From assembly GCA_036676495.1 (NCBI GenBank), contig JAKFCT010000068.1, forward strand, positions 1 through 21,757: DNA of 21,757 nucleotides, read 5' to 3'. The notes under the pieces are model-generated. The model saw nothing but the letters and a program-made list of their open reading frames with translations. It did no database searches and was not told the DNA's origin. How positions within the stretch are numbered: position 1 is the stretch's first letter; each line of letters begins with the position of its first letter. Source of the stretch: Candidatus Sericytochromatia bacterium (GTDB lineage Bacteria > Cyanobacteriota > Sericytochromatia > S15B-MN24 > UBA4093). A program made the translations under genes and the position numbers. Below, piece after piece: positions 1 to 7,501 of the stretch.

Positions 1-765
1 CCGCTGCTCATCAAGCCCTACATCCCCGACATGACCAAGTCGGAGCTGATGGCCATCATGACCGGCGGCATGGCCACCATCGCCGGCTCCGTCATGGCCG
101 CCTACATCGGCATGCTCGGCTCGGACTGGGCCCCCCACCTCCTGGCCGCCTCCATCATGGGCGCCCCCGCCGGCCTCGTCATGGCCAAGATCATGGTCCC
201 CGAAACCGAAGAGCCCAAGACGGCCGGCGGCGTGACGCTCTCCACCGAGCGCACCGAGTCCTCGATCATCGAGGCTGCCGCCAAGGGCGCCGGAGACGGC
301 ATGCACCTGGCCTTCATCGTCGGCGCCATGCTGCTCGCTTTCATCTCCCTGATCGCCCTGCTCAACGCCGGCTTCGGTATCTTCAACACCTCGCTGGAGC
401 AACTGCTCGGCTATCTCTTCGCCCCGCTCGCCTTCCTGATGGGCGTCCCCTGGGCCGATGCCACCACCGTCGGCAGCCTGATGGGCCAGAAGATCGTCCT
501 CAACGAGTTCGTTGCCTACTCGAACCTCTCGAACATCCTGAACGGCAAGGTTGCCGGAGTGGCGCTGTCGGCTCAGGCGGCGACGATCGCGACCTACGCG
601 CTTTGCGGCTTCGCCAACTTCAGCTCCATCGCCATCAACATCGGCTGCATCGGCGGTATCGCCCCGAGCCGCCGGGGTGAGCTGGCCCAGCTGGGCGTGA
701 AGGCAATGATCGGCGGCGCCCTCGCCTCCTGCATGACCGCGACCATCGCGGGCTTGCTGCGCTAA
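1..765 (+). CDS. nupC: Concentrative nucleoside transporter (CNT/NupC family), 5'-truncated; paralog 1
   Basis: Frame is open from base 1 (PLLIKPYIPDMT...). CNT motifs GGMATIAG, KIVLNEFVAY, ALCGFANFSSIAI, APSRR. Multiple hydrophobic helices. Stop TAA at 763-765. Confidence 0.93.
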   Translation, partial: PLLIKPYIPDMTKSELMAIMTGGMATIAGSVMAAYIGMLGSDWAPHLLAASIMGAPAGLVMAKIMVPETEEPKTAGGVTLSTERTESSIIEAAAKGAGDGMHLAFIVGAMLLAFISLIALLNAGFGIFNTSLEQLLGYLFAPLAFLMGVPWADATTVGSLMGQKIVLNEFVAYSNLSNILNGKVAGVALSAQAATIATYALCGFANFSSIAINIGCIGGIAPSRRGELAQLGVKAMIGGALASCMTATIAGLLR

Positions 766-776
766 GGGGGCGGCTC

Positions 777-1985
777 ATGCAAAGCCTCATCGGCCTTGTC
801 GGCATCCTCGCCATCCTGGGCATCGGCCTCGCGCTGTCTACCAATCGTAGGGCGGTTCGCTGGCGCGTCGTCCTCTGGGGACTGGGCTTCCAGTTCGCGC
901 TCGCGGTCTTCATCCTCAAGACGGCCCCCGGAAAAGCGCTCTTCCAGTGGTTGGGCACGGGCGTTACCCGGCTGCTCGACTTCTCGAAGGTCGGGAGCGC
1001 CTTCGTCTTCGGGGATCTGGTCACCAAGCCGGCCTCGTTCGGCTTCATCTTCGCCTTCCAGGTCCTGCCGACCATCGTCTTCATGGCCAGCATCATCTCG
1101 GTCCTCTACTACCTGGGCATCGTCCAGAAGGTCGTGAGCTTCCTCGCGTGGCTGATGACCAAGACCATGGGGACTTCCGGCGCCGAGAGCCTTTCGTCGG
1201 CCGCTTGCGTCTTCGTCGGCCAGGTGGAGGGCCCCTTGCTGGTCCGTCCTTATATTCCCGACATGACGCGCTCGGAGCTGATGGCCCTGATGACCGGCGG
1301 CATGGCGACCATCGCCGGCGGCGTCATGGCGGCTTACCTCGGCATGCTGGGCGCCGAATGGGCTCCGCAACTGCTCGCCGCCTCCCTGATGGGCGCTCCC
1401 GGCGGCCTCGTCATGGCGAAGCTGCTCGTTCCCGAGACCGAGGAGTCGAAGACCATGGGCGGCGTGAAGATGCATATCGAGAAGTCCGAGTCCTCCGTGA
1501 TCGAAGCGGCCGCGAAGGGCGCCGGAGACGGGATGAACCTCGCTTTCAACGTCGGAGCGATGCTCCTGGCCTTCATCTCGCTGGTGGCCTTGATCAACGC
1601 GGGCCTCGGCTTGCTGCACACGTCGATGGAGCAGATCCTCGGCTACGTCTTCTTCCCGCTCGCCTTCCTCATCGGCGTTCCTTTCTCGGAAGCCATGACC
1701 GTGGGCAACCTGATCGGGCAAAAGATCGTGCTCAACGAGTTCGTGGCCTTCTCGCAGCTCTCGGGCATGATCCAGGCCAACCAGCTCAGCGACAAGGCCG
1801 TGCTGGTCGCGACCTTCGCGCTCTGCGGCTTCGCGAACTTCAGCTCGATCGCCCAGAACGTCGGCGGCATCGGGGCCATGGCCCCCAGCCGGCGCGGCGA
1901 TCTCGCGAAGCTCGGCTTGCGCGCGATGCTGGGCGGAGCCCTGGCGTCTTGCCTCAGCGCGTCGATCGCCGGCATGCTCATGTAG
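777..1985 (+). CDS. nupC: Concentrative nucleoside transporter (CNT/NupC family); paralog 2
   Basis: Full-length 402 aa. Motifs FAFQVLPTIVF, GTSGAES, FVGQVE, KIVLNEFVAF, LCGFANFSS. Purine-rich RBS-like AAGGGGG at 764-770. Confidence 0.95.
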   Translation: MQSLIGLVGILAILGIGLALSTNRRAVRWRVVLWGLGFQFALAVFILKTAPGKALFQWLGTGVTRLLDFSKVGSAFVFGDLVTKPASFGFIFAFQVLPTIVFMASIISVLYYLGIVQKVVSFLAWLMTKTMGTSGAESLSSAACVFVGQVEGPLLVRPYIPDMTRSELMALMTGGMATIAGGVMAAYLGMLGAEWAPQLLAASLMGAPGGLVMAKLLVPETEESKTMGGVKMHIEKSESSVIEAAAKGAGDGMNLAFNVGAMLLAFISLVALINAGLGLLHTSMEQILGYVFFPLAFLIGVPFSEAMTVGNLIGQKIVLNEFVAFSQLSGMIQANQLSDKAVLVATFALCGFANFSSIAQNVGGIGAMAPSRRGDLAKLGLRAMLGGALASCLSASIAGMLM

Positions 1986-2096
1986 GGGAATTCGCAGCGA
2001 CCGTCGTTGCTGCAGGCCCGCGCGCTGGGCCATTCAGGCCTCGGCGACGGGGCTCACGACTATCGCTCGCTGCCTTCCGCAACAGCCGCGGCGCTT

Positions 2097-2127
2097 GCCC
2101 CGGGCCTCTGGCCCGGGGTTTCTTTTT
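2097..2127 (+). terminator. Intrinsic (rho-independent) terminator downstream of the nupC pair
   Basis: CCCCGGGCC-TCT-GGCCCGGGG perfect 9-bp stem followed by TTTCTTTTT. Confidence 0.85.
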
Positions 2128-2153
2128 CAAACGGGTCGCATCAGACGGTCGTT

Positions 2154-2190
2154 TGTGGCATAATCGAGAGATTCAAACTCAACGAGGAGG
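2154..2190 (+). promoter_or_regulatory. Extended -10 promoter and RBS for add
   Basis: TGTGGCATAAT (TGn-CATAAT) at 2154-2164. GAGGAGG at 2184-2190, 9 nt before ATG 2200. Confidence 0.55.
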
Positions 2191-2199
2191 CTGTTTTCG

Positions 2200-3255
2200 A
2201 TGGATCCCAAATTGGACCGCACGGCAATTCGCGAGTTCATCCGGCGCATGCCCAAGGCCGAACTGCACTTGCACATGGAAGGAGCGGTGCAGCCCAGCAC
2301 CTGGCTCAAGTTGGCTGAACGTAACGGGATCCGTCTCCCGGCCGACACCCCCGAAGCCCTCAACGAGGTCTTCCGCTTCCGCGACTTCGACCATTTCATC
2401 GAGCTTTACACGCTCTGCTGCTCGTGCCTGGTCAATGCCGACGATTTCCGGCTCGCGACCTACGAGTTGCTCGAGGACCTGGCGGAGCAGAACGTCCGCT
2501 ACGCCGAGATCTTCATGTCGCCGACCCTGCACCTGGCCCGCGGCGTGAAGTGGGAGACCATCATGGAGGGCGTCTCCGCCGCCCGCCGCGAGGGCGAGCG
2601 CGATTTCGGCATCCAGACGGCCTTCATCCCCGACATCTCCCGCGAGCTGGGGCCTGAGAAGGGCCTCGCCGTCGCGAAGCACGTCTCCCAGAGCGCCGAG
2701 TACGGCGTGATCGGCCTCGGGATCGGCGGTCCGGAGATCGGGTTCCCGCCGGACGATTACTGGGAGTCCTACGACCTGATCGGCGAAGCCGGCATGCACC
2801 GGGTCGCTCATGCGGGCGAGACCATGGGCCCCGAGAGCATCTGGGGAGCGCTCAAGGCGCTCAACGCCGAGCGCATCGGCCACGGCGTCCGCTGCCTGGA
2901 GGACGAGGAGCTGGTCGAGTACCTGCGCCAGAACCAGATCGCCCTGGAAGTCTGCCCCACCAGCAACGTCTGCACCGGCGTCACCTCGGACTGGCCGTCG
3001 CATCCCCTCAAGCGGCTGATGGACGCCGGCCTCTTGGTCACCTTGAACTCGGACGATCCGGGGATGTTCAACACCACCCTGACCGAGGAGTTCCTGCGGG
3101 CCCAGGAGACCTTCGACCTGACGCTGGACGAGATCAAGAACTTGACCTTGAATGCGCTGCGGGCGTCCTTCCTGGAGCCGGCGAGCAAGGCCAAGCGGAT
3201 CGCCGAGTTCGAAGCGGAGTTCGAGCGGCTTTGCGGAGAGCTGGTTCCGGCTTAA
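2200..3255 (+). CDS. add: Adenosine/adenine deaminase
   Basis: PKAELHLHMEG (metal HxH), HAGE, RIGHG, EVCPTSN and NSDDP motifs. Strong RBS. Adjacent to nucleoside transporters. Confidence 0.93.
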   Translation: MDPKLDRTAIREFIRRMPKAELHLHMEGAVQPSTWLKLAERNGIRLPADTPEALNEVFRFRDFDHFIELYTLCCSCLVNADDFRLATYELLEDLAEQNVRYAEIFMSPTLHLARGVKWETIMEGVSAARREGERDFGIQTAFIPDISRELGPEKGLAVAKHVSQSAEYGVIGLGIGGPEIGFPPDDYWESYDLIGEAGMHRVAHAGETMGPESIWGALKALNAERIGHGVRCLEDEELVEYLRQNQIALEVCPTSNVCTGVTSDWPSHPLKRLMDAGLLVTLNSDDPGMFNTTLTEEFLRAQETFDLTLDEIKNLTLNALRASFLEPASKAKRIAEFEAEFERLCGELVPA

Positions 3256-4112
3256 CCCGGCGGCATCCCCATCTGGAGGCGGATCGCACGGAACTCCTCC
3301 GTGCGAACGCCATCGCGATCTCTCAGTATCAGCGGAGGCTCCTCTCGGGGGGCCTCCGTTGCGTTTGCGGCGTGCGTCATGGCCGCGAGCACCATCAAGG
3401 CGTCCTTGCCCGCGCGGGGAATGACGTCCCGAATGCTCAGGATCGCCAGGCCCGCCTCTCGGGCTCCCGCGACCACCCGTTCCCGCTGGCGTCCGTCCAT
3501 GACGAGGGCGAAAAGGCCTTGAGGCGCGAGGGCGCTTGCGGCGGCCATGCAGTAGTCCTCGACTCCGCCGCGCTGCTCGAAGCGGCAAGGCGCCTTCTGG
3601 GGAGCGTCACTGAGGGTGCCGGCTTCCGGATCCCAGTAGGGCGGGCTTCCCGTCACCAGGTCGAAAGGTCCGTCCGGAACCCCCGTGCGCAGGTCTCCAT
3701 CGCGCACCTCGACCCGATCCTCCACGCCGTTATACCGGATGCTCCGGCGTGCCAGCCGGGCACTCACCTCCTGGGCTTCGATGCCCGTGAGGTGCAGATC
3801 AGGGAAGCTCCAGGCGACGAAGAGGCCGACCGATCCAATGCCACAGCCCAGGTCCAAGGCGGTTTTCGGGCTGAGGCCGCGATCGCGGCAGGAGGTGACG
3901 GCGTACCACGCGGCAAGCAAGTCATCGGTCGAGTAGCGATGGCCGTGACGAAGCTGGAAGAGGCGCCAGTGGCCAGCAAAGGCGTCGAGCGTCTCTTCGG
4001 GGCCCGGCACCAGAGAGGGATCTCCCTGGGCGCCGGGGGGGATGGGGCCGGGCGGAGACCAGCCCCGGCGGGCGCGCGCTTGGCGCTGGAGTTGCTTTTC
4101 GCTGAGGTGCAT
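3252..4112 (-). CDS. SAM-dependent methyltransferase, tRNA1(Val) m6A37 (TrmN6/YfiC)-like
   Basis: HRYSTDDLL, motif I LDLGCGIGSVG, acidic GIEAQ, motif IV GSPPYW, CRFE. Start placed at ATG 4112 because the ORF-track start (4133) would put a TGGTACAAT extended -10 (4128-4120) inside the CDS. Confidence 0.85.
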   Translation of the reverse strand: MHLSEKQLQRQARARRGWSPPGPIPPGAQGDPSLVPGPEETLDAFAGHWRLFQLRHGHRYSTDDLLAAWYAVTSCRDRGLSPKTALDLGCGIGSVGLFVAWSFPDLHLTGIEAQEVSARLARRSIRYNGVEDRVEVRDGDLRTGVPDGPFDLVTGSPPYWDPEAGTLSDAPQKAPCRFEQRGGVEDYCMAAASALAPQGLFALVMDGRQRERVVAGAREAGLAILSIRDVIPRAGKDALMVLAAMTHAANATEAPREEPPLILRDRDGVRTEEFRAIRLQMGMPPG

Positions 4113-4119
4113 AGGGGTG

Positions 4120-4128
4120 ATTGTACCA
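4120..4128 (-). promoter_or_regulatory. Extended -10 promoter, probably leaderless transcript of the methyltransferase
   Basis: Minus strand reads TGG-TACAAT-CACCCCT-ATG. No Shine-Dalgarno. Confidence 0.6.
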
Positions 4129-4170
4129 TCCATGCGGTTTCATCCCCGAGCGTCCGGGCATGGTAGAGGC

Positions 4171-4452
4171 ATGACTGATCCCATGATTCCGCTCGAGGTT
4201 TCCCCCGCCCCCGGGGTCTACGTTTGCGTGGCCTGCGGGGCGTGCTGCGCGGCACCGGACATCAGCACGCTCGGCAAGCCCCTCGGGGTGCCTTGCTCGA
4301 ACTTGCTGCCGGACATGCGCTGCGGCATCTATGCGGAGCGTCCTGCCGTCTGCCGGAACTATCAGCCGGACTGGGTCTGCGCCGAGGTCGCCCCGCTTCC
4401 GACGCTGGATGAGCGGGTGCGCCGCTTCCTGGAGATTTACGGCTTACCCTAG
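4171..4452 (+). CDS. YkgJ-family cysteine-cluster (CxxCxxCC, putative Zn/Fe-S binding) protein
   Basis: CVACGACC, KPLGVPCSNL, CGIYAERPAVCRNY. Start taken at ATG 4171 (alternative 4183) because the ORF-track start overlaps the divergent gene. Confidence 0.85.
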   Translation: MTDPMIPLEVSPAPGVYVCVACGACCAAPDISTLGKPLGVPCSNLLPDMRCGIYAERPAVCRNYQPDWVCAEVAPLPTLDERVRRFLEIYGLP

Positions 4453-4514
4453 CGCGATCCTGGCCTCGTATGGGAGCTCCATGAGAGAATGGGGCCATTA
4501 TCTGCGAGGTATTC

Positions 4515-5441
4515 ATGGCCAAACGCCCGTCTCAAGCCCCCCCCATCATCTGGGGCAGCATTCTCGTCGCCAGCTGTCTTGCCCTGGTCACGCTCTGGAA
4601 CATCATCATCGTCGCGGACTACTTCCGCTTCAAGCAGCTCTCCGGGCAGCCTTCGTTCGGTGCCGGCCGCTGGTGGATCCTGGCGATCGGCTGCGTGCTC
4701 TTCGTCGGGGTCATGGCGGGACTGATTGTCTTCATCGTCATGCTGGTCAAGCAGATCCGAATGAACCAGGCCCAGCGGAACTTCATCGACGCCGTGACGC
4801 ATGAGCTCAAGACGCCGCTGACGTCTCTGAAGCTTCACCTCCAGACCCTGCAAATGGGCCGTGTGCCGCTCGACAAGCAGGGTGAGTTCCACCGGACGAT
4901 GCTTGACGACGTGGCGCGGCTCGACTTGCTGGTGGATCATGTCCTGGATGCGGCACGTTCCGAAGGGCGGCGCCGCGACGTCCATCTGGAGCCGGTTTCG
5001 GTCACCGAATGCTTGCAGGAGGCGATCGCCGTGGTCGCCCATCGCTACGGCTTCGAGCCTTCCGAGGTGATCATCCAGGGCCCCGCATGCACGGTCACCG
5101 CCGATACGCATGCCTTGAGCCTGATTTTCGTCAACCTGATCGACAACGCGGCGAAGTACGCGGGCCCCGTCCCTCAGATCTGGGTCGAGGTCGTCCCTGA
5201 CGGCAAGTACGTCGAGGTTCGGGTGCATGACAATGGGATCGGGCTCGCCCGCCGTCAGCTCAAGCGCGTCTTCCAGCGTTTCTACCGGGTCGGCAACGAG
5301 ATCACCCGTCTGCGTCAGGGGACCGGCCTGGGGCTCTACATCGTCAAGGAGACCGCGGCACGCATTCGCGGCAAGGTCGAGGCGCGAAGCGACGGGGAAG
5401 GTCATGGCAGTACCTTCGTCGTGCGCTTACCAGGAGGTTAA
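4515..5441 (+). CDS. Two-component sensor histidine kinase (two TM helices, HisKA + HATPase_c)
   Basis: H-box VTHELKTPL, N-box NLIDNAAKY, G1 DNGIG, F-box VFQRFYR, G2 GTGLGL. Two N-terminal TM helices. RBS GAGGT at 4506-4510. Confidence 0.95.
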   Translation: MAKRPSQAPPIIWGSILVASCLALVTLWNIIIVADYFRFKQLSGQPSFGAGRWWILAIGCVLFVGVMAGLIVFIVMLVKQIRMNQAQRNFIDAVTHELKTPLTSLKLHLQTLQMGRVPLDKQGEFHRTMLDDVARLDLLVDHVLDAARSEGRRRDVHLEPVSVTECLQEAIAVVAHRYGFEPSEVIIQGPACTVTADTHALSLIFVNLIDNAAKYAGPVPQIWVEVVPDGKYVEVRVHDNGIGLARRQLKRVFQRFYRVGNEITRLRQGTGLGLYIVKETAARIRGKVEARSDGEGHGSTFVVRLPGG

Positions 5442-5442
5442 C

Positions 5443-6138
5443 GTGGCCAATATCCTCATCGTCGAAGACGAAGCTCATATCGCCGCAGGCTTGCGTTTCA
5501 ACCTCGAGCTCGAGGGGCATCAGGTGGAAGTCGCCACGGACGGCCTCGTCGCCAAGCGGCTGCTCATCGAGGAGACCCATGCCTACGACCTGGTCATTCT
5601 CGACCTCATGCTGCCGCATGTGAGCGGCTTCGAGCTTTGCCGCGCGATTCGCCGCCAATCGAACACCTTGCCCATCCTGATGTTGACCGCCAAGCGCGAC
5701 GATCCCGACAAGGTCTACGGCCTCCGGATGGGGGCCGACGATTACGTCACCAAGCCCTTCAACCTCGAGGAGCTGCTGGCGCGAATCGAGGCCATTCTGC
5801 GGCGCAAGGGCTGGAGCGCGCCCGCTCCGGCGGAGCATGACGTGCTCGAGTTCGGGGGCGTTCGACTCGATTTCGACACCTTCGAAGCGACGGTCGACGG
5901 CGCCGAGGTCAAGTTGACTCCCATCGAGTTCGGCCTCATGCGCTACTTTCGGGATAACGAAGGCGTGGTCTTGAGCCGGGACCAGCTACTGGAAGCCGTC
6001 TGGGGCTGGCAGAACCCCGCATCCACCCGGACGGTCGATAACTTCATCCTGCGGCTGCGCCGCAGTTTGGAGCCGGTCCCGTCGGCTCCGAAGCATATTC
6101 TTTCCGTTCGCGGCGCCGGTTACAAGTTCGTTCGCTGA
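5443..6138 (+). CDS. OmpR/PhoB-family response regulator
   Basis: GTG start at 5443 after AGGAGG (5432-5437). Receiver motifs IVEDE, LDLMLP, LTAK, KPF. Winged helix with LSRDQLLEAVWG, TRTVDNFILRLR, VRGAGYKF. Confidence 0.95.
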   Translation: MANILIVEDEAHIAAGLRFNLELEGHQVEVATDGLVAKRLLIEETHAYDLVILDLMLPHVSGFELCRAIRRQSNTLPILMLTAKRDDPDKVYGLRMGADDYVTKPFNLEELLARIEAILRRKGWSAPAPAEHDVLEFGGVRLDFDTFEATVDGAEVKLTPIEFGLMRYFRDNEGVVLSRDQLLEAVWGWQNPASTRTVDNFILRLRRSLEPVPSAPKHILSVRGAGYKFVR

Positions 6139-6165
6139 GCGTCTCAAACCCCACCTTCCCCCTCG

Positions 6166-6201
6166 CGGTCTCGCAAGCTCCCACGGGAGTACGCGAGGCC
6201 G
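6166..6201 (+). terminator. GC-rich hairpin, possible terminator of the two-component operon
   Basis: CGGTCTCGC/GCGAGGCCG outer stem with inner GCTCCC/GGGAGT stem. Weak U-tail (TCTTG). Confidence 0.4.
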
Positions 6202-6254
6202 TCTTGCTGGCTGGGAGCGGACGCGATCCGGCGTCGGCGTGGTTTTGAAATTTC

Positions 6255-6272
6255 GTTAAGATCAGTTAAGAT
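6255..6272. promoter_or_regulatory. Direct repeat GTTAAGAT-CA-GTTAAGAT, candidate transcription-factor site overlapping a TTGAAA/TAAGAT promoter
   Basis: Perfect 8-bp direct repeat with 10-bp period in an AT-rich patch. TTGAAA at 6245-6250 and TAAGAT at 6267-6272 (16-nt spacer). Confidence 0.45.
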
Positions 6273-6313
6273 GAATTCGCTTGGTTGGCCGATGATGGAG
6301 GGGTTGCGCATCG

Positions 6314-7483
6314 ATGCTGGCAGGATTCGTCGCGAGCCTGGTACTGGGAGCGCTGGGGGGCTTTTTGCTCGGGCGGTCGCGGAGCAGGCCCTCTAGGCCG
6401 TTGCTGCTTCCGGAGTCGCTGAAGGAGCAGGAGGCCCCTCGCCTCATCCTGCCTACCGTCGAGGAGGAGGTTGCGCGCGCCTTGCGCCAAGGCGCCCCGC
6501 TGTCGATCTTCTATCTGGCTTGGGAGGCGCATGACGCCACGGATCCGGCCCTTCGATTGATCGCGTCTCTGTTGGTACGCCTGGTCAGGCCTTACGATGC
6601 GATCGTTCCGCTCGGTGACGGGAGGTTCGTGCTGGTACTGCCCCAGGTGGGGGAAGCGGCGGCGGATACCGTTGCCGCGCGCTTGATTCAGGAGCTGAGG
6701 CTCCTGGCGTCGGTACAGCTCACGTCGAGCGAGACCGAGTTACCCCGCATCTCGCTTTCCGTGCCGGCCAGTGTGCAGCGTTTGCTCGGGGCGGCGGTCG
6801 AAGCCTCGGAGCTGGCTCCTCCCTGGCGGGGAGATCGTGGCCAGCTGCTGCGGATCGGGATGGCCGTCCTGGAGCGTCCCGACGTCCGATTGCTCGCGTC
6901 GATCGCTCCGGGGACGCTGCTACGGCTCAAGGATCTGGTCTTGGAGGGAGCGGCCGTGGATGCGGCGATCGCGGCGCCGCTGCGCTCGGTCCGGGTGGTC
7001 GAAGCTTCCCCGCTGAGGGTCAGAAGCCAATCGGCACTCCCGCAGGTTGCCGGAGACCGGGTGCAGATCGTCCATGAGGTGGGGCGCAACTGGATGCGCG
7101 CCGAGGTGGAGGTCCTGGAGGCGGTCGGCGAGGAACTCTGTCTGTCCCTTCCCACGGAGGTTCACCGGGTGCCTCGTCGTCGGGTGGAGCGCTTTCGCAT
7201 GCGCCTACCGGTGCAACTGGCCGATCTCGAGGGCTTCACCCTCAATCTGAGTGCGGACGGGTTTCGGGCCGTTTTTCCGCTGCGGGCCTTCGCTCCGGGC
7301 CAGATTCTCGACGGAGGCCTGGCGCTGCCGGAGGAGCGCCACCCGGTCCGGGTGGAAGTAATCAAGATCCGGGCCGCCGAGCAGTCTGAGGGGATGATCG
7401 TGGGCTGCCGCTTCCTCGGACTCGAGCCGCAGGCGCATCAGGCCCTGGTGGGGTTGTTGAGCCGTCAGGCGGAGGGAAGCTGA
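6314..7483 (+). CDS. Membrane-anchored protein with degenerate GGDEF domain and C-terminal PilZ domain (putative c-di-GMP receptor)
   Basis: N-terminal TM helix. GGDEF-like segment EEVARALRQGAPLSIF...LRLIASLL..LVRPYDAIVPLGDGRFVLVLP. PilZ motifs RRVER and NLSADG, and C-terminal VGCRF. Confidence 0.75.
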   Translation: MLAGFVASLVLGALGGFLLGRSRSRPSRPLLLPESLKEQEAPRLILPTVEEEVARALRQGAPLSIFYLAWEAHDATDPALRLIASLLVRLVRPYDAIVPLGDGRFVLVLPQVGEAAADTVAARLIQELRLLASVQLTSSETELPRISLSVPASVQRLLGAAVEASELAPPWRGDRGQLLRIGMAVLERPDVRLLASIAPGTLLRLKDLVLEGAAVDAAIAAPLRSVRVVEASPLRVRSQSALPQVAGDRVQIVHEVGRNWMRAEVEVLEAVGEELCLSLPTEVHRVPRRRVERFRMRLPVQLADLEGFTLNLSADGFRAVFPLRAFAPGQILDGGLALPEERHPVRVEVIKIRAAEQSEGMIVGCRFLGLEPQAHQALVGLLSRQAEGS

Positions 7484-7486
7484 GCG

Positions 7487-7495
7487 TGCTAACAT
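7487..7495 (+). promoter_or_regulatory. Extended -10 promoter, probably leaderless pdxA transcript
   Basis: TGC-TAACAT followed by 6 nt, then ATG 7502. No Shine-Dalgarno at usable spacing. Confidence 0.55.
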
Positions 7496-7501
7496 GCACG
7501 C

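Noticed and set aside
1986-2075. Purine riboswitch upstream of add (three-stem layout, GACTAT at 2058-2063)
   Set aside because: Lacks the conserved UAUAAU, GAUAUGG, GUUUCUACC and CCGUAAA elements. Kept only as an unclassified structure.
762-3588. Long alternative-frame and antisense ORFs over nupC and add (762..2033 -, 947..2548 +, 2179..3588 -)
   Set aside because: Arg/Gly/His-rich translations with no motifs. These are shadow ORFs caused by high-GC codon bias of the real genes.
5227-5442. N-terminal extension of the response regulator in the ORF track
   Set aside because: Overlaps the kinase gene and is Ser-rich. The GTG at 5443 has a strong RBS.
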